Position numbers and translations under genes: made by a program. From Sminthopsis crassicaudata (taxonomy: Eukaryota), in NCBI RefSeq assembly GCF_048593235.1, contig NC_133622.1:250732055-250796054 (forward strand): DNA of 64,000 bases, written 5' to 3'. The notes beneath the pieces are model-generated. The model saw only the letters and a list, made by a program, of their open reading frames with translations. It made no database searches and was not told the origin of the DNA. Positions within the stretch are counted from its first letter, which is position 1. Each line of letters starts with the position of its first letter. Of the stretch, positions 52,301 to 61,688 are shown piece by piece.

Positions 52301-55255
52301 CTACCCCGGGGACATCAGACTGCCAGGATGTGGAAGACTGGCTTTGGTCTCCTCACTTCCCTCTCTGCCCCATTCCATCAGGGCATCCCTTCCCACTCTC
52401 TGACCCCCCCCTGGGGCGCTCCTCACCCCTACCGCATTCAGACCCCAGGCCTATGGAGGCCTTCAATTTGAAGGGGACTCCAAGGGGCCGACAGCCACTA
52501 GAAGCTGGGACATTTCCACGTTCAGTGGAAGGCTTTGGGGTCTTCTGTAAGAGGATGTTGGGGGGGCTCAGGCTGCCTTCCACTGAGAAAGGTGGCTTTA
52601 TCTGCCCGAGAAGCAGCCCTGAGGAGGAGCTCCCCTCTTCTGATGCCCGTGGGGATGCAGCACGGGTAGGGCAAGAATCATCCCCAGGCCTAGGCCCTAG
52701 CCTGAAGAAGGCCCAGCCATGAGACGTGGCCGCCTGGGGGCAGGGGAAGTCCAGTCCTCCCTGGTGGGCCAGAATGGGGGTCCCCGCTTACCTGCACAAA
52801 CCCGGCGATGCTGCCAGACACAAAGACGTGACCATAGTTGGGGGGCTGGGCCTTCCGGTCCTGGGGGGAGGTGGAGCTGAGCAGGAGCAGAGAGTTGCTG
52901 TAGGTTCCAAAGAGCACAGAGTTGACCACGGCCACGCTGCCAATAGGGAAGCTCATCCCCTTAAAGAAGCCCAGAACCTGCAGGCAGAGAGAGGGCCAGG
53001 CCAGGGCTGGAGGGGGGCCCTGGCGGGAGGCTCACAGGGGCCACACTCTGCCCCCATCATTCATTCCCTTCTTCCCACAAGCATTCGGACTCTGGACAAG
53101 GGGCTGGGTACCAAAACCCCGACCCAAGTAGCCCCTTCCCCGCAAAGGTTGGTTCTACTTGAATGGAACCTCTCTTTGCCCACAGGGACTCGGAGGCCAG
53201 GAGAAATCCTGAAGTCCTACAACAGTCACAGAATGTCACCCAGTAACCCCTGAGCCACCTGTCCCTCATTCTGGAAGGGAGCAACCTAGGGCCCAGTGAT
53301 GGAGAAGAATGGAGGAGGGACCTGGACCCGGGTCTCACTCACCCCCTGGATGCCCCTACACAACATGCTTTGAGCTCTGTGAGCCTCAGTTTCTTCATTT
53401 GTAAAATCAAATGGCCTCTAAGGACCCTTCTAGTAAAACTCGGCCCCAGACACCAGACGGAGGCAAAGCCGAGACAGGAGCCCGTTTCTGAGCTGCCCAA
53501 CAGAGGCGCTGCCTCTCGAGTGCTTCGCCTGCGGCACCTGCCCCCCCCCCCACCTCCTCCTATCCCTGCCTGGGTGTAATGGAGCCTGCTTGGGGGAGGG
53601 AGGGGGAGATGAGACCTGCTCCTGCCCAAGCTGCCCCCTCCTCAGATGAATCAGGGCTTCTTACTGACTCCCGGCGGTACGTCTTGATCACACAGTCCAT
53701 GATGCCCCGATACGTGTTCTGGGTCTGCAGCCGAACCTGGGGGCAGAGGACACGCTGGGATCACCGCTGGGAGGTGGAGGGAGGATGGGGAACTTGCTGT
53801 GGGGGGGCCAAGGCAAAGGGCTGTAATGGGGAGCCTGCAGCTGTCCCCCACAATAAATGGGCCCCCATTGAGATTTGTGCTCCCGAGCTCAGGAACTGTC
53901 CTGGGGCAAGAGCTGCTGCTTTGGAGGCAGGATTCTTGCTGCATGGATGGCTTGGGAATCCATGCCCCGAGCTCAAGTGGTCCAGATGTTCAGCCCCTGC
54001 TTCCAGATGTTGACCACGGCTTTTCTCACCTTCACTGTGTCTATGGGGTGTCCCAGCATCAAGCCCACAATTCCTGTAGACAAGGAGAAAGAGCTAGGCC
54101 ACGGGGCCTCGGGCCGGGCCTAGAGAGCACCCCCCTCGAGGGGAGAAGCTGCTGCTCCCTCCTTGCCAGGAATCCAAGAGGGCATCTTTCTCTTTTCCAG
54201 CCCAGGGAGGATCCAGATTCGGGGTGCTCACTGGCTGCCTCTGACTCCCAGACTGAAGGCCATCTAGCCTCCCCCCACCCCCAGCTAGCATTGCTTCCTC
54301 ATGCAATTCTGGATCCGGAAAGAATTTCAGAGGACAGAAAAAAAGCGAGGCCTGTGGGCAAAAGGCACGGCTTTCCAACCTCAACTATCCTCCCACCAAC
54401 CCTCCTGCCCCAGCCAGACGCTGCTCTCTTAGGCAGGGAGATCCGAGGGGTGCATCTCAACCCCTAAAAGCACAGATTTGGAAAGCGCTGTTGACTCTGG
54501 GCCCTGGGGAGGTTTTCCGGGGACAGATTCCCTAAGAGCTTTACTGGGAAAGTGGGGAGAGGGCCAGGGCACTCAGGGAAGATGTTCCCAGCTCGATGGC
54601 TGGCTCTGCCATGAGCCCAAGCTCCAGCCTCCCTTCCCCACCCCTAGAATCCATCTAGCCTGAGCCCCGGGGGCTACTAGGGACAGGGCAGCCTGAGAGG
54701 CCATCCAAGCCAGGATGAGCGTGGGTCAGGAACGGAAAAGAGGCCCCCTTTCCCTCCAGTTCCCACGGCTGTGGCTCAGACAGACAGACCAAGGTCAGTT
54801 TGACTCAAGGGGCACCTGTCCAAAGGTGGGCCATCCTCACGTGGCGCTCTGAAAGGCAAGAGAGGCAGGACAGGGCAGCTTTCTCTAATAGTGGCTCAAA
54901 TGGTTCATGTGTCCAGAAATGGGGAATTGAGATAGCACCGTGGCCTAGCCACGGCTTGTCACACAAGCTCTGGCCTTGGTTGCAGCCCTCACCAATATCT
55001 GTCTTTTTTCTCTTTCTGTCTCTGTCTCTTCTCTTTTTCCTATCACTCTCTTCTCTCTCTCTTCTCTTTCTCTCTCATTCTCTTAATCTCTCTTCCTAAC
55101 TCCATTTCTCTTTCTGTCTGTCTCCTTTCTGTGTGTCTGTCTCCCTCTTTCCCACATACTCCACGGAAGGATGCCCGACGGAAGGCTACCCTGACACACC
55201 AGAAAAAAAGCTTCTCACCAGAGATCCAGCCAGCCACAAACTCTTCCACAGGCAT
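43035..55255 (-). CDS. SLC25A45: Mitochondrial carrier SLC25A45, 288 aa; complement join(55219-55255,54030-54073,53665-53736,52792-52977,43491-43749,43035-43303)
   Basis: 37+44+72+186+259+269=867 nt open frame, GT-AG introns; three PX(D/E)XX(K/R) signatures PIDTVK, PFDLIK, PLDVVK; MPVEEFVAGWISG start. Confidence 0.96.
43491..43749 (-). CDS. SLC25A45: SLC25A45 coding exon 5
   Basis: AYCLAPFDLIKVRLQNQTEP...LVLRDTP...SKEP; gtag|...|gtgagt. Confidence 0.95.
44190..45860 (+). mobile_element. L3/CR1 ORF2 relic (endonuclease to RT), interrupted by MIR
   Basis: Decayed motifs ILTNREE..GSD..LEF (about 44390-44480), NVPVFKKG-like (about 45200), DFSRAFDKV (about 45410-45435), DLG(V/L)LAD.NLN (about 45735). 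Confidence 0.8.
45915..46420 (-). mobile_element. L2 3' fragment
   Basis: atttattaagggcctcttatgtgcc L2 terminus and purine-rich body. Confidence 0.65.
47515..47710 (+). mobile_element. Mar1-type CORE-SINE
   Basis: Head, CORE and ctgccaagaaaagcccag..gtcac tail. Confidence 0.65.
48300..49470 (+). mobile_element. L1 5'/ORF1 fragment (interrupted by SINE)
   Basis: ORF track 49203-49508: TTNLKNRSRRYNLRIIRLSESHD..IQEIIKENYPNVLEPEGKI = L1 ORF1p RRM region; upstream coiled-coil repeats (aacaactccttaaaaaataa x3). Confidence 0.9.
48817..48968 (-). mobile_element. WSINE1-type SINE inserted in L1 ORF1
   Basis: T tail plus full reverse SINE ending ccacctagctgcccc. Confidence 0.92.
49478..49713 (-). mobile_element. 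Mar1-type CORE-SINE
   Basis: Reverse tail/CORE/head order. Confidence 0.75.
49760..49955 (+). mobile_element. L2 fragment
   Basis: cacatccaagctgtt..caggccctcatc..cctggattact wording typical of L2. Confidence 0.55.
50453..50688 (-). mobile_element. Mar1-type CORE-SINE
   Basis: ttttcttggcaaagac..gatgaggaaactgag..cttcctgactccag. Confidence 0.7.
51130..51600 (-). mobile_element. L2 3' fragments
   Basis: atttattaggcacttactgggtgccagg terminus; cacagtgcctggcatacagcaggtgcccaataaatg tail at about 51560. Confidence 0.6.
52792..52977 (-). CDS. SLC25A45: SLC25A45 coding exon 4
   Basis: VLGFFKGMSFPIGSVAVVNSVLFG...SIAGFVQ; gcag|...|gtaagc. Confidence 0.95.
53665..53736 (-). CDS. SLC25A45: SLC25A45 coding exon 3
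   Basis: VRLQTQNTYRGIMDCVIKTYRRES; ccag|...|gtaaga. Confidence 0.94.
54030..54073 (-). CDS. SLC25A45: SLC25A45 coding exon 2
   Basis: GIVGLMLGHPIDTVK; acag|...|gtgaga. Confidence 0.93.
55005..55145. repeat. (CT)n-rich degenerate microsatellite
   Basis: Seen directly, just 3' of the first SLC25A45 coding exon. Confidence 0.8.
55219..55255 (-). CDS. SLC25A45: SLC25A45 first coding exon
   Basis: MPVEEFVAGWIS; donor G|GTGAGA; exon acceptor at 55291. Confidence 0.94.
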
Positions 55256-57109
55256 CGTCCGAGGCACACAGAGCCAGGAACCAGGGGGCTCTGGCAAAGG
55301 GGGAGAAGTCGGCTCAAGGGTAACTCTGCTCCTCTCCCGGCCTGAGCTGATAGCTTCTCACTAATGTTTAAACCTAGATGCAGGGGGGTGAGAAATGGCT
55401 CAGTGCCCAGGCCCAAAGACCTTGGAGGGAGGGAGGGACAGATCCTGGATAAAGTGCAAGAAGAGAAGCGGCAGAAACTGAAATGTTCTCAGAGGCGGGG
55501 ACGGGGAGATGGCCAGGCTTCCCAGCAGCCTCCTGGGCTCCAGGTTCTCAGCACCAAGACAGAAAGCTCTCCCCCTCATAGGCAAGCCGGACGTCCTGCC
55601 TCCTGGCCCGGGAAGTCCTTAAGGAGTTAACTCCATGCCTAGCCTGACCCAGATAAGTGTGGAGGCCGGCCTCTGCCTCCTGAAACTCTGCTGCCCCATC
55701 ACTCTCCCTCCCATCATCAATGGCTTTGTGGACGCTCCCCTCGAGGGGACTGGCCAGAGAGCCACTAGGTAGCAATGGCAGCTCCCTGTAGGCAGTAGTG
55801 GGGCAGAGCGCCCAGTCTCTGGCAGTCCCCCTCCAGAGTACCCAGGAGCTTCTCCTCCACATGCAGTGACTCCACCTTCGTTTCCTTGGGCCTGCCGCCA
55901 GATCTTGTGTGGGGAGGGAAGCCCTGGGAGGGGCGAGGTCAGAGGCTGTGGCCTAACCTTTGCACAGCCACAACCCAAAGCAAGGAAGGCCCCAGAGAGG
56001 CCGGAGACGGCCAAGTACACTGCAGGTCTGCGGGTCCTCCCTCCCCTGGAAGGGTGTCCCCCCCCAACCCCAGACTTAACTTTTAATGACCCTCCAGGCC
56101 CCAGGAGCATCAGCCCTGATGCTGACAGGCAGCCCTGCCAACCACTCGCTTTCTGGGCCTGTTCCCTCACCTTTAAAGCTCTGAAGCTGGAAGGGACCCA
56201 AGGCCCTTTGGTCAAACCCCTTAGTTTCATAGATGGGGAAACTGAGGTCTGAAAGGCTAAGAGCTTTGTCCTCGTCTTCCCCGTCTTTTTCTAATGGCCT
56301 GCAGCCCTCCCCCTGCCACGGATCATCCCATCCCTCAGACACTTTCTAGGTGACTTCATCCGGTGCCATTCTTGAGAGTTCCTCCTCGGTGCAGGTGTAC
56401 ACCTGCCCTTTGTTCCACCTGATTAGTCACTTCATCAGGGAGGGCTCTGGCAACCAGCAGGAGCAAGGGAGGCTTCCTGGAGGAGATGCCCTGGACCTGA
56501 GCTGCAGAGGAAGGGAAGGGTTCTAGGAGGGAGATGGGAGGGGCAGAATCCTCTCAAGTTGCAAAAAGGCCAATTAGGGCTGAAAGGAGAGCTCAGGAAG
56601 AGACTACACCCTGCGCCGGTGAGGCAGTCAGAAGGATGAGGCAAGAGGGAGCTACTGAAGCTTCTTGAATAGGAGAGTGACCTGATCAGCTTTAAGACTA
56701 GCTGGATGGATCAGAAACTGAACAAGGAAGCCTCAACAGATCCGGAAGAGCTGGGGCCACATTCTGGCTCTCTGATCCTGGTCAAATCCCACCCTGAGCT
56801 TAGTTTCCTGAGATATGAAAAGGGGCACAAAGAACAATACCTGAAGCGTAATAACCCCCAGAGCATCATGAGCCTGAAACGAGCTAACCTGGGAAACACT
56901 CACAGCAGTTCAGTAAACATAGGAATATTATCGGCCACAGACTCCATAGATCCCCTGCACCTAGGTCACACTGGGGAGGGATCAAAGCTCTGGAGCAGAA
57001 AGTACAAGACAAGGGTTCAAATCCTGGCTCTGCCACGTCCGGCTGGGACTTTGGGTAAACTGTTTAGTCTCTTTGGGCCTGTTGGCTCATCTACAAAATG
57101 AAGGAATTA

Positions 57110-57240
57110 GGGGCAGCTAGGTGGCTCAGTGGATGGAGCACCAGCCCTGAAGTCAGGAGGACCTGAGTTCAAATCTGGCCTCAGACACTTAACACTTCTA
57201 GCTGTGTGACCCTGGGCAAGTCACTTAACCCCAACTGCCT
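57110..57240 (+). mobile_element. WSINE1/SINE1-type SINE inserted in a MIR
   Basis: Full head and CORE; gaaggaatt repeated at 57100-57108 and 57257-57265 (TSD). Confidence 0.9.
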
Positions 57241-57274
57241 GGGGGGGGGCAGGAGAGAAGGAATTGGACTAGAT

Positions 57275-57468
57275 CAGAGGTTCTTGACCTGAGACCCCTG
57301 AACATGTGTTTTAAAAATAATTTGAACACTTTAACTACAATAGATCTCCTCTGTGATCCTATAGAGTATAGTTTATGCATTTAAAAACATGGTTTGGAGA
57401 AAGGCTTCCCCCCGGCCTACACCAAGCCGCCAGAGGAGCCCAGGATACAAATAAATTCACAAACGCTG
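57275..57468. mobile_element. hAT/Charlie-type MITE relic
   Basis: cagaggttcttgacc...atgcatttaaaaaca...accaagccgccagaggagccca...ctg resembles common marsupial MER5-like MITEs; TIRs decayed. Confidence 0.55.
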
Positions 57469-57544
57469 GAGCCGGATGGGCTGGGGGGGTTCCCCCAAGT
57501 TTAAATCCTGTGTTCCAGCCCATCCTCGTCTGTCTCTCCCATCA

Positions 57545-57830
57545 CACGCACACACGCACACATATGCAGAGACACATACATGCCCACGTCAGAAACACAC
57601 ACATCACACCTAGAAATACACATATATACATATGTCCACATAAACATGCATACACATATACAAAAATAGAAAAACATATAGAAAGCTATATATACACACA
57701 TATATTTACTTTAGAAACACACATATGTACACACATCCACATAAACATATGTATATATGGATGTATAAACATACATATGTATATGTAGCCACAAAAACAT
57801 ATAGAAAGCTATACATATACATATGTAGAT
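57545..57830. repeat. (CA/TA)-rich cryptic repeat, block 1
   Basis: Alternating purine-pyrimidine with recurring catatagaaagctata and cacatccacataaac units. Confidence 0.85.
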
Positions 57831-58154
57831 GTGAAGTCTGGGTTAGCTCCCTGGATGCCTTAGAGTCAGGATAAGCAAAAGTCCTTGGTCTTTATTCTTG
57901 GTCTTTAGGGGCAGAAGAGAAGGGGACGGACACAAGCTCTCACCACCTCCCTCCTCCTCCTCCTCCTCCACCAAAGTGACTCTGGCTAGTCTTACTCCAC
58001 CTCCAATCCCTCCCACAATTCTCTGGTTCACCACAAGATGGAGCCAGCACAAAATAGTGAGAAGGGCCATTTTCCAAGCATTATTGTCCAATGGGTAATT
58101 AGCCTTAAGTGCTCGGTTATCTGATTCCAGTGCACCTATCCAGAGTCTCACGCC

Positions 58155-58432
58155 TTTACATATAGAAATATACACACTTATATCCACACATGCACAAAAA
58201 CATAGAAAGATATATATATGTATACATTTATAGAAACGTGCACATATATGCACACATCCACATAAACCCACATAATAGAAACATATATGTAAATATGCAC
58301 ACATATAGAAATAGATATACATACACACATATATGTATACAGATTCACATAACCCCATATATAAACATATTCATACATAGAAATGCACACATACATATAT
58401 CCATAGAGAGACAGACATATAGATGCACACAC
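58155..58432. repeat. (CA/TA)-rich cryptic repeat, block 2
   Basis: Same sub-units as block 1. Confidence 0.85.
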
Positions 58433-58956
58433 ACTACTTTCTTAGGCCTTTCCCCAAAGCCTCCTACTTTTCCTATTCATCAGCAGAGGAATGGGCTCGC
58501 TTCCAAGCCTTCTACTCCCCTTCTCCCAAGTTCTCCCCAGAGTTTTATTCCCAAGGGCTGCAGCCTCCTCTCACCTTTCCCAAGCCTGGCTTCCCTTGGG
58601 GTTAACTGACTTCATCCTGCCTCGGAAGATACACTTACCGCCTGGCTTGTTTGGTGAGTCTGCACGAGATCTTTCATGGAGGTTGGGAGCCAAGAATAGA
58701 GACAAGAATCCCCCCACCCTAAGGCATTTCCTCGGTGCTCAGACACGGGGAGACCAGGCCAGAGAATGACTCCCAGTGTGAAAGGAAGGTTCATCTAGTC
58801 CATTCAGCAGCGGCTCTGTCTCTTGCCCCAGATTTCCAAGATTCCTTTTTCTTGACTATCAAAATACTAGAACAATCAATTCCAAGCTCTTTACAGCTAA
58901 GAGATGTTCTTCCATTGAACGTGGGACGCAGGAGCAGTATTAGAAATTATATAGGC

Positions 58957-59114
58957 GGGGGGCAGCTAGGGGGCGCAGTGGAGAGAGCACCAGCCCTGAA
59001 TTCGGGAGGACTCGAGTTCAAATCTGGCCTCAGACACTTAACACTTCCTAGCTGTGTGACCCTGGGCAAGTCACTTAACCCCAGCCTCAGAAAAGAAAAA
59101 AAAAAAAAAAAAAA
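58957..59114 (+). mobile_element. Young WSINE1-type SINE
   Basis: Full-length, long A tail, 13-bp TSD with 2 mismatches (58943-58955, 59116-59128). Confidence 0.93.
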
Positions 59115-59504
59115 TGAAATGACATAGGCTTACCTGTTCACAATCCCCCAAACGGTGGACACTCTTTCTTTCTTGGTTTTTTTTTTTTTTTTTTTTTTTT
59201 TTTGCTACCACAAAAAAAAGATTTCTCTGAATACCTTGGTGCACATGGGGACTGTCTCCGAACTCTTTCAGAAGTTTCAATCAGTAAACATTTATTAAAT
59301 GCTTTCTGTGTACAATAGGTCAAAGGATATTTAGTTTCCTTATTTTTCTCACACAATTAAGAATTATTTCCCATAATGATACCAATGCAGTGTATGCGGG
59401 TACCTGTCTTCCTACAGCCCCTCAACATTGACTACTAACATCTCTGATCATCTTTCCTATCCTGAGCTGTGTGAAGTGAAATTTCAGGTTGCTTTAGCTT
59501 GAAT

Positions 59505-59610
59505 TTTTTTTTTCCCCCCTGAGGCTGGGGTTAAGTGATTTGCCCAGGGTCACACAGGCAGGATGTGTTAAGTGTCTGAGAGAAGATTTGAACTCGGGTC
59601 CTCCTGAGTA
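59505..59610 (-). mobile_element. WSINE1-type SINE, head truncated
   Basis: T tail, ctgaggctggggttaagtg...gaactcgggtcctcctga. Confidence 0.85.
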
Positions 59611-60285
59611 TCCACTGTACACTCTAACCCCAGATTTTCTCTTAATATAAGTGTCTCGGAGGTCTTTCATATGCTGGTTAATGGTATGCAATTCTTTTGA
59701 AAACCACTCAGCACATTTGACTTATTTCTTTGCTCTTGTCCATGTTTTTGTTTTTCAAATCCTATGTAATTCTTGTCCATATCCTCTCATAAATCTCCCC
59801 TGGAACATCTATCCAGCACATTGGAAGTCTTCCTCTAGGTCTTTTGGCATCTCGTGGCTGTCCACGCCGCACTAACTACTCATCCCTCATCCTCTGATAC
59901 CTGCTCAGTCTACCTCCTTTTCTGCATCAGGCCGAAAGCCTCTGATGTCACTGCCCGTGCCTGTCACGTGGAATATGGCTGGGTAGAGGTTCTCTCGCCA
60001 CGCATCTTGGGGGCCACCGGTAATTTGATTCTTTGGAAATTTTGGTGTTTCATGATTTGCATCCCCAGAACATCCTCGGTAAAGGCCCAGACGCCCTTTC
60101 TCTCCTCCAGTGGGGCCCTGCTCATTCTCCGTCTGCAATATGTCAGGAGCCTCCAGCAGTCACCTGGCTAGTTAAGGAGCCACCTGCCCAAGCCCTGCAT
60201 AACGGCTCTCAGGGATGCGGGCGTTCCCTCCAGTTGTCTCCACTGGCTTGTCTAAGTTCTTCAGTGATTTCAACCCAAGGCTCAC

Positions 60286-60520
60286 CCTAGCTCCCGGGCG
60301 GCTCCGGGCCGCTCCCTGACTGACCCGCAGGGGGCGCCTCGCTCTGGCCACCTGGTCACCCACGTGACCCTGAGTGCCATCCTCGAGCTCAGCTCCTCCT
60401 CCGAGCTCCCCGCTCGGGCAGTTCTAGGGGGTGCTCGGTTGTGGCTCCTGGGGCCCCTGGCCGCCCCCCCGCCGGGACACGGGACGGTTAGCAGCGGCCA
60501 GCGGGCTGCCTCTCTCCGGG
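60286..60520 (-). other. SLC25A45: Putative non-coding exon 1 of SLC25A45 (5' end approximate)
   Basis: Minus-strand donor AGG|GTGAGC at 60285 at the left edge of the CpG island; the coding exon at 55290 has an acceptor and so needs an upstream exon. Confidence 0.45.
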
Positions 60521-60929
60521 ATGACGTCACATCTGCCCTGTGGGCAGCGCGGCCCAAGCACGCCTAGCCCTGGACCCCCTCCCAAGACCCGCAGCCTCTG
60601 ACCCGCAAGCCGGGGATTCCCACTAGGGAACACGGGAGCCGTTTCTCCAGCTCGTGGGAGAGAGGCGGAGGCCGAGGCAAGCAGAGCGAAGCGGCTCGCG
60701 CAGGGTCACACAGGGCCACCTCCCCGCTTCCAGGGCGCCGAAAACTCCCGGGAACGTAAAGGAGGAGCTCCGCAAGTTCCACTCAAGTCAAAACACCCAG
60801 AGTGCCCCGCGGGCAGCACCACGTGGGAGGGTCGAGGGGCGGGCCCAATCTTTTCAAAGGCGCCAAACAGAGGCGCACGCGCTCCGCCTCCGGCCTCCCA
60901 TTGGCTCTCTCGGACCGAGGGGGCGGGAA

Positions 60930-60995
60930 TCGCGGAGTTTGGCGCTTCCTGCTACACTCCCTTCCGTAAACCCGAGGCCGCCGGCCCGACAGGAG
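60930..60995 (+). other. FRMD8: Putative non-coding exon 1 of FRMD8 (5' end approximate)
   Basis: Donor GAG|GTGAGA at 60996 downstream of CCAAT/GC boxes. Confidence 0.6.
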
Positions 60996-61603
60996 GTGAG
61001 ATTCCGGGGCCGTCCGGGGTGGGAGCCCCCCGACCTCGCGTTCCGCTGGCGAAGACCCGCTTCTGAGGTAGCGGAGCTGGGTTCTCTCCCCGGTCCGCTC
61101 AGCCTCGCTCTGACATCTCTCTTCCTCCAGTCCGCTTTGCAGCCTCGCTCTGACACCCCCCCCCGCCCCCGCCCCGCCCCCTCGGTCCCACCCCTCCCGC
61201 TTCTTCTACCTTTCTCTGACCCCCCCAGGCCCCCACCCCGCCCCCAGCCCCAGTGACAGCCTGGCTGTCCCACCCCTCCCACTTCCTCAGCCTCTCTGAC
61301 TCCCCCCAAACCCCGGCCTTGCACTAGTCCCACTGGTCCCCTCTTCTCTCCCTGACGCACCCCCACCCCCGCCTCTCCCGGACACCCCCTCTGTGGGCCG
61401 CAGCCCTTCCCCCCAAATGAGGGGCTTCCCCGGCCAAGCGCTCAGGCCCCCTTCGGAGCCCTGGCCCAGTGGTCCCAGGATGCCTTGCGGTGACCCCTGC
61501 CCAGCCTGGGCAGCAGCTTTGCAGCGCTGGGCCTGGAGTCAGGAGGTCCCGGGTGAGTCCGGGCGCAGCATCGACACTGGCTCCCTGCTGTTCTCTCCCG
61601 CAG

Positions 61604-61688
61604 ATGGAGGGAGGCGAGGGGGGCTCGGGGGCGCCGGGCCCCGCGGAGCGGTCCCACCGCAGCAGCGTGTCCTCCGTGGGAGCCCGAG
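61604..61688 (+). CDS. FRMD8: FERM domain-containing protein 8 (iTAP), first coding exon; remainder not found in window
   Basis: cag|ATG GAG...; MEGGEGGSGAPGPAERSHRSSVSSVGAR matches FRMD8 N-terminus (GPAERSHRSSVSSVGAR); donor G|GTGGGT; syntenic. Confidence 0.92.

Larger units (their letters stand above)
60150..61100. promoter_or_regulatory. CpG island, probable bidirectional SLC25A45/FRMD8 promoter
   Basis: CTCF-like 60321-60337, CACGTG at 60361, full CRE TGACGTCA 60522-60529, CCAAT on both strands about 60846 and 60900, GC boxes, ETS CTTCC motifs. Confidence 0.8.

Noticed and set aside
54938-54954. 7-bp hairpin ccgtggc-cta-gccacgg
   Set aside because: Short stems of this size are expected by chance.
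56391-56406. Perfect 16-bp palindrome gcaggtgtacacctgc (two E2-boxes)
   Set aside because: About one such palindrome is expected by chance in 64 kb (64000/4^8); no supporting context.
58957-59114. tRNA-like A/B boxes in SINE heads; CTCF-like word gcagctagggggcgc
   Set aside because: These are tRNA-derived SINEs, not tRNA genes; the CTCF-like word lacks a core C.
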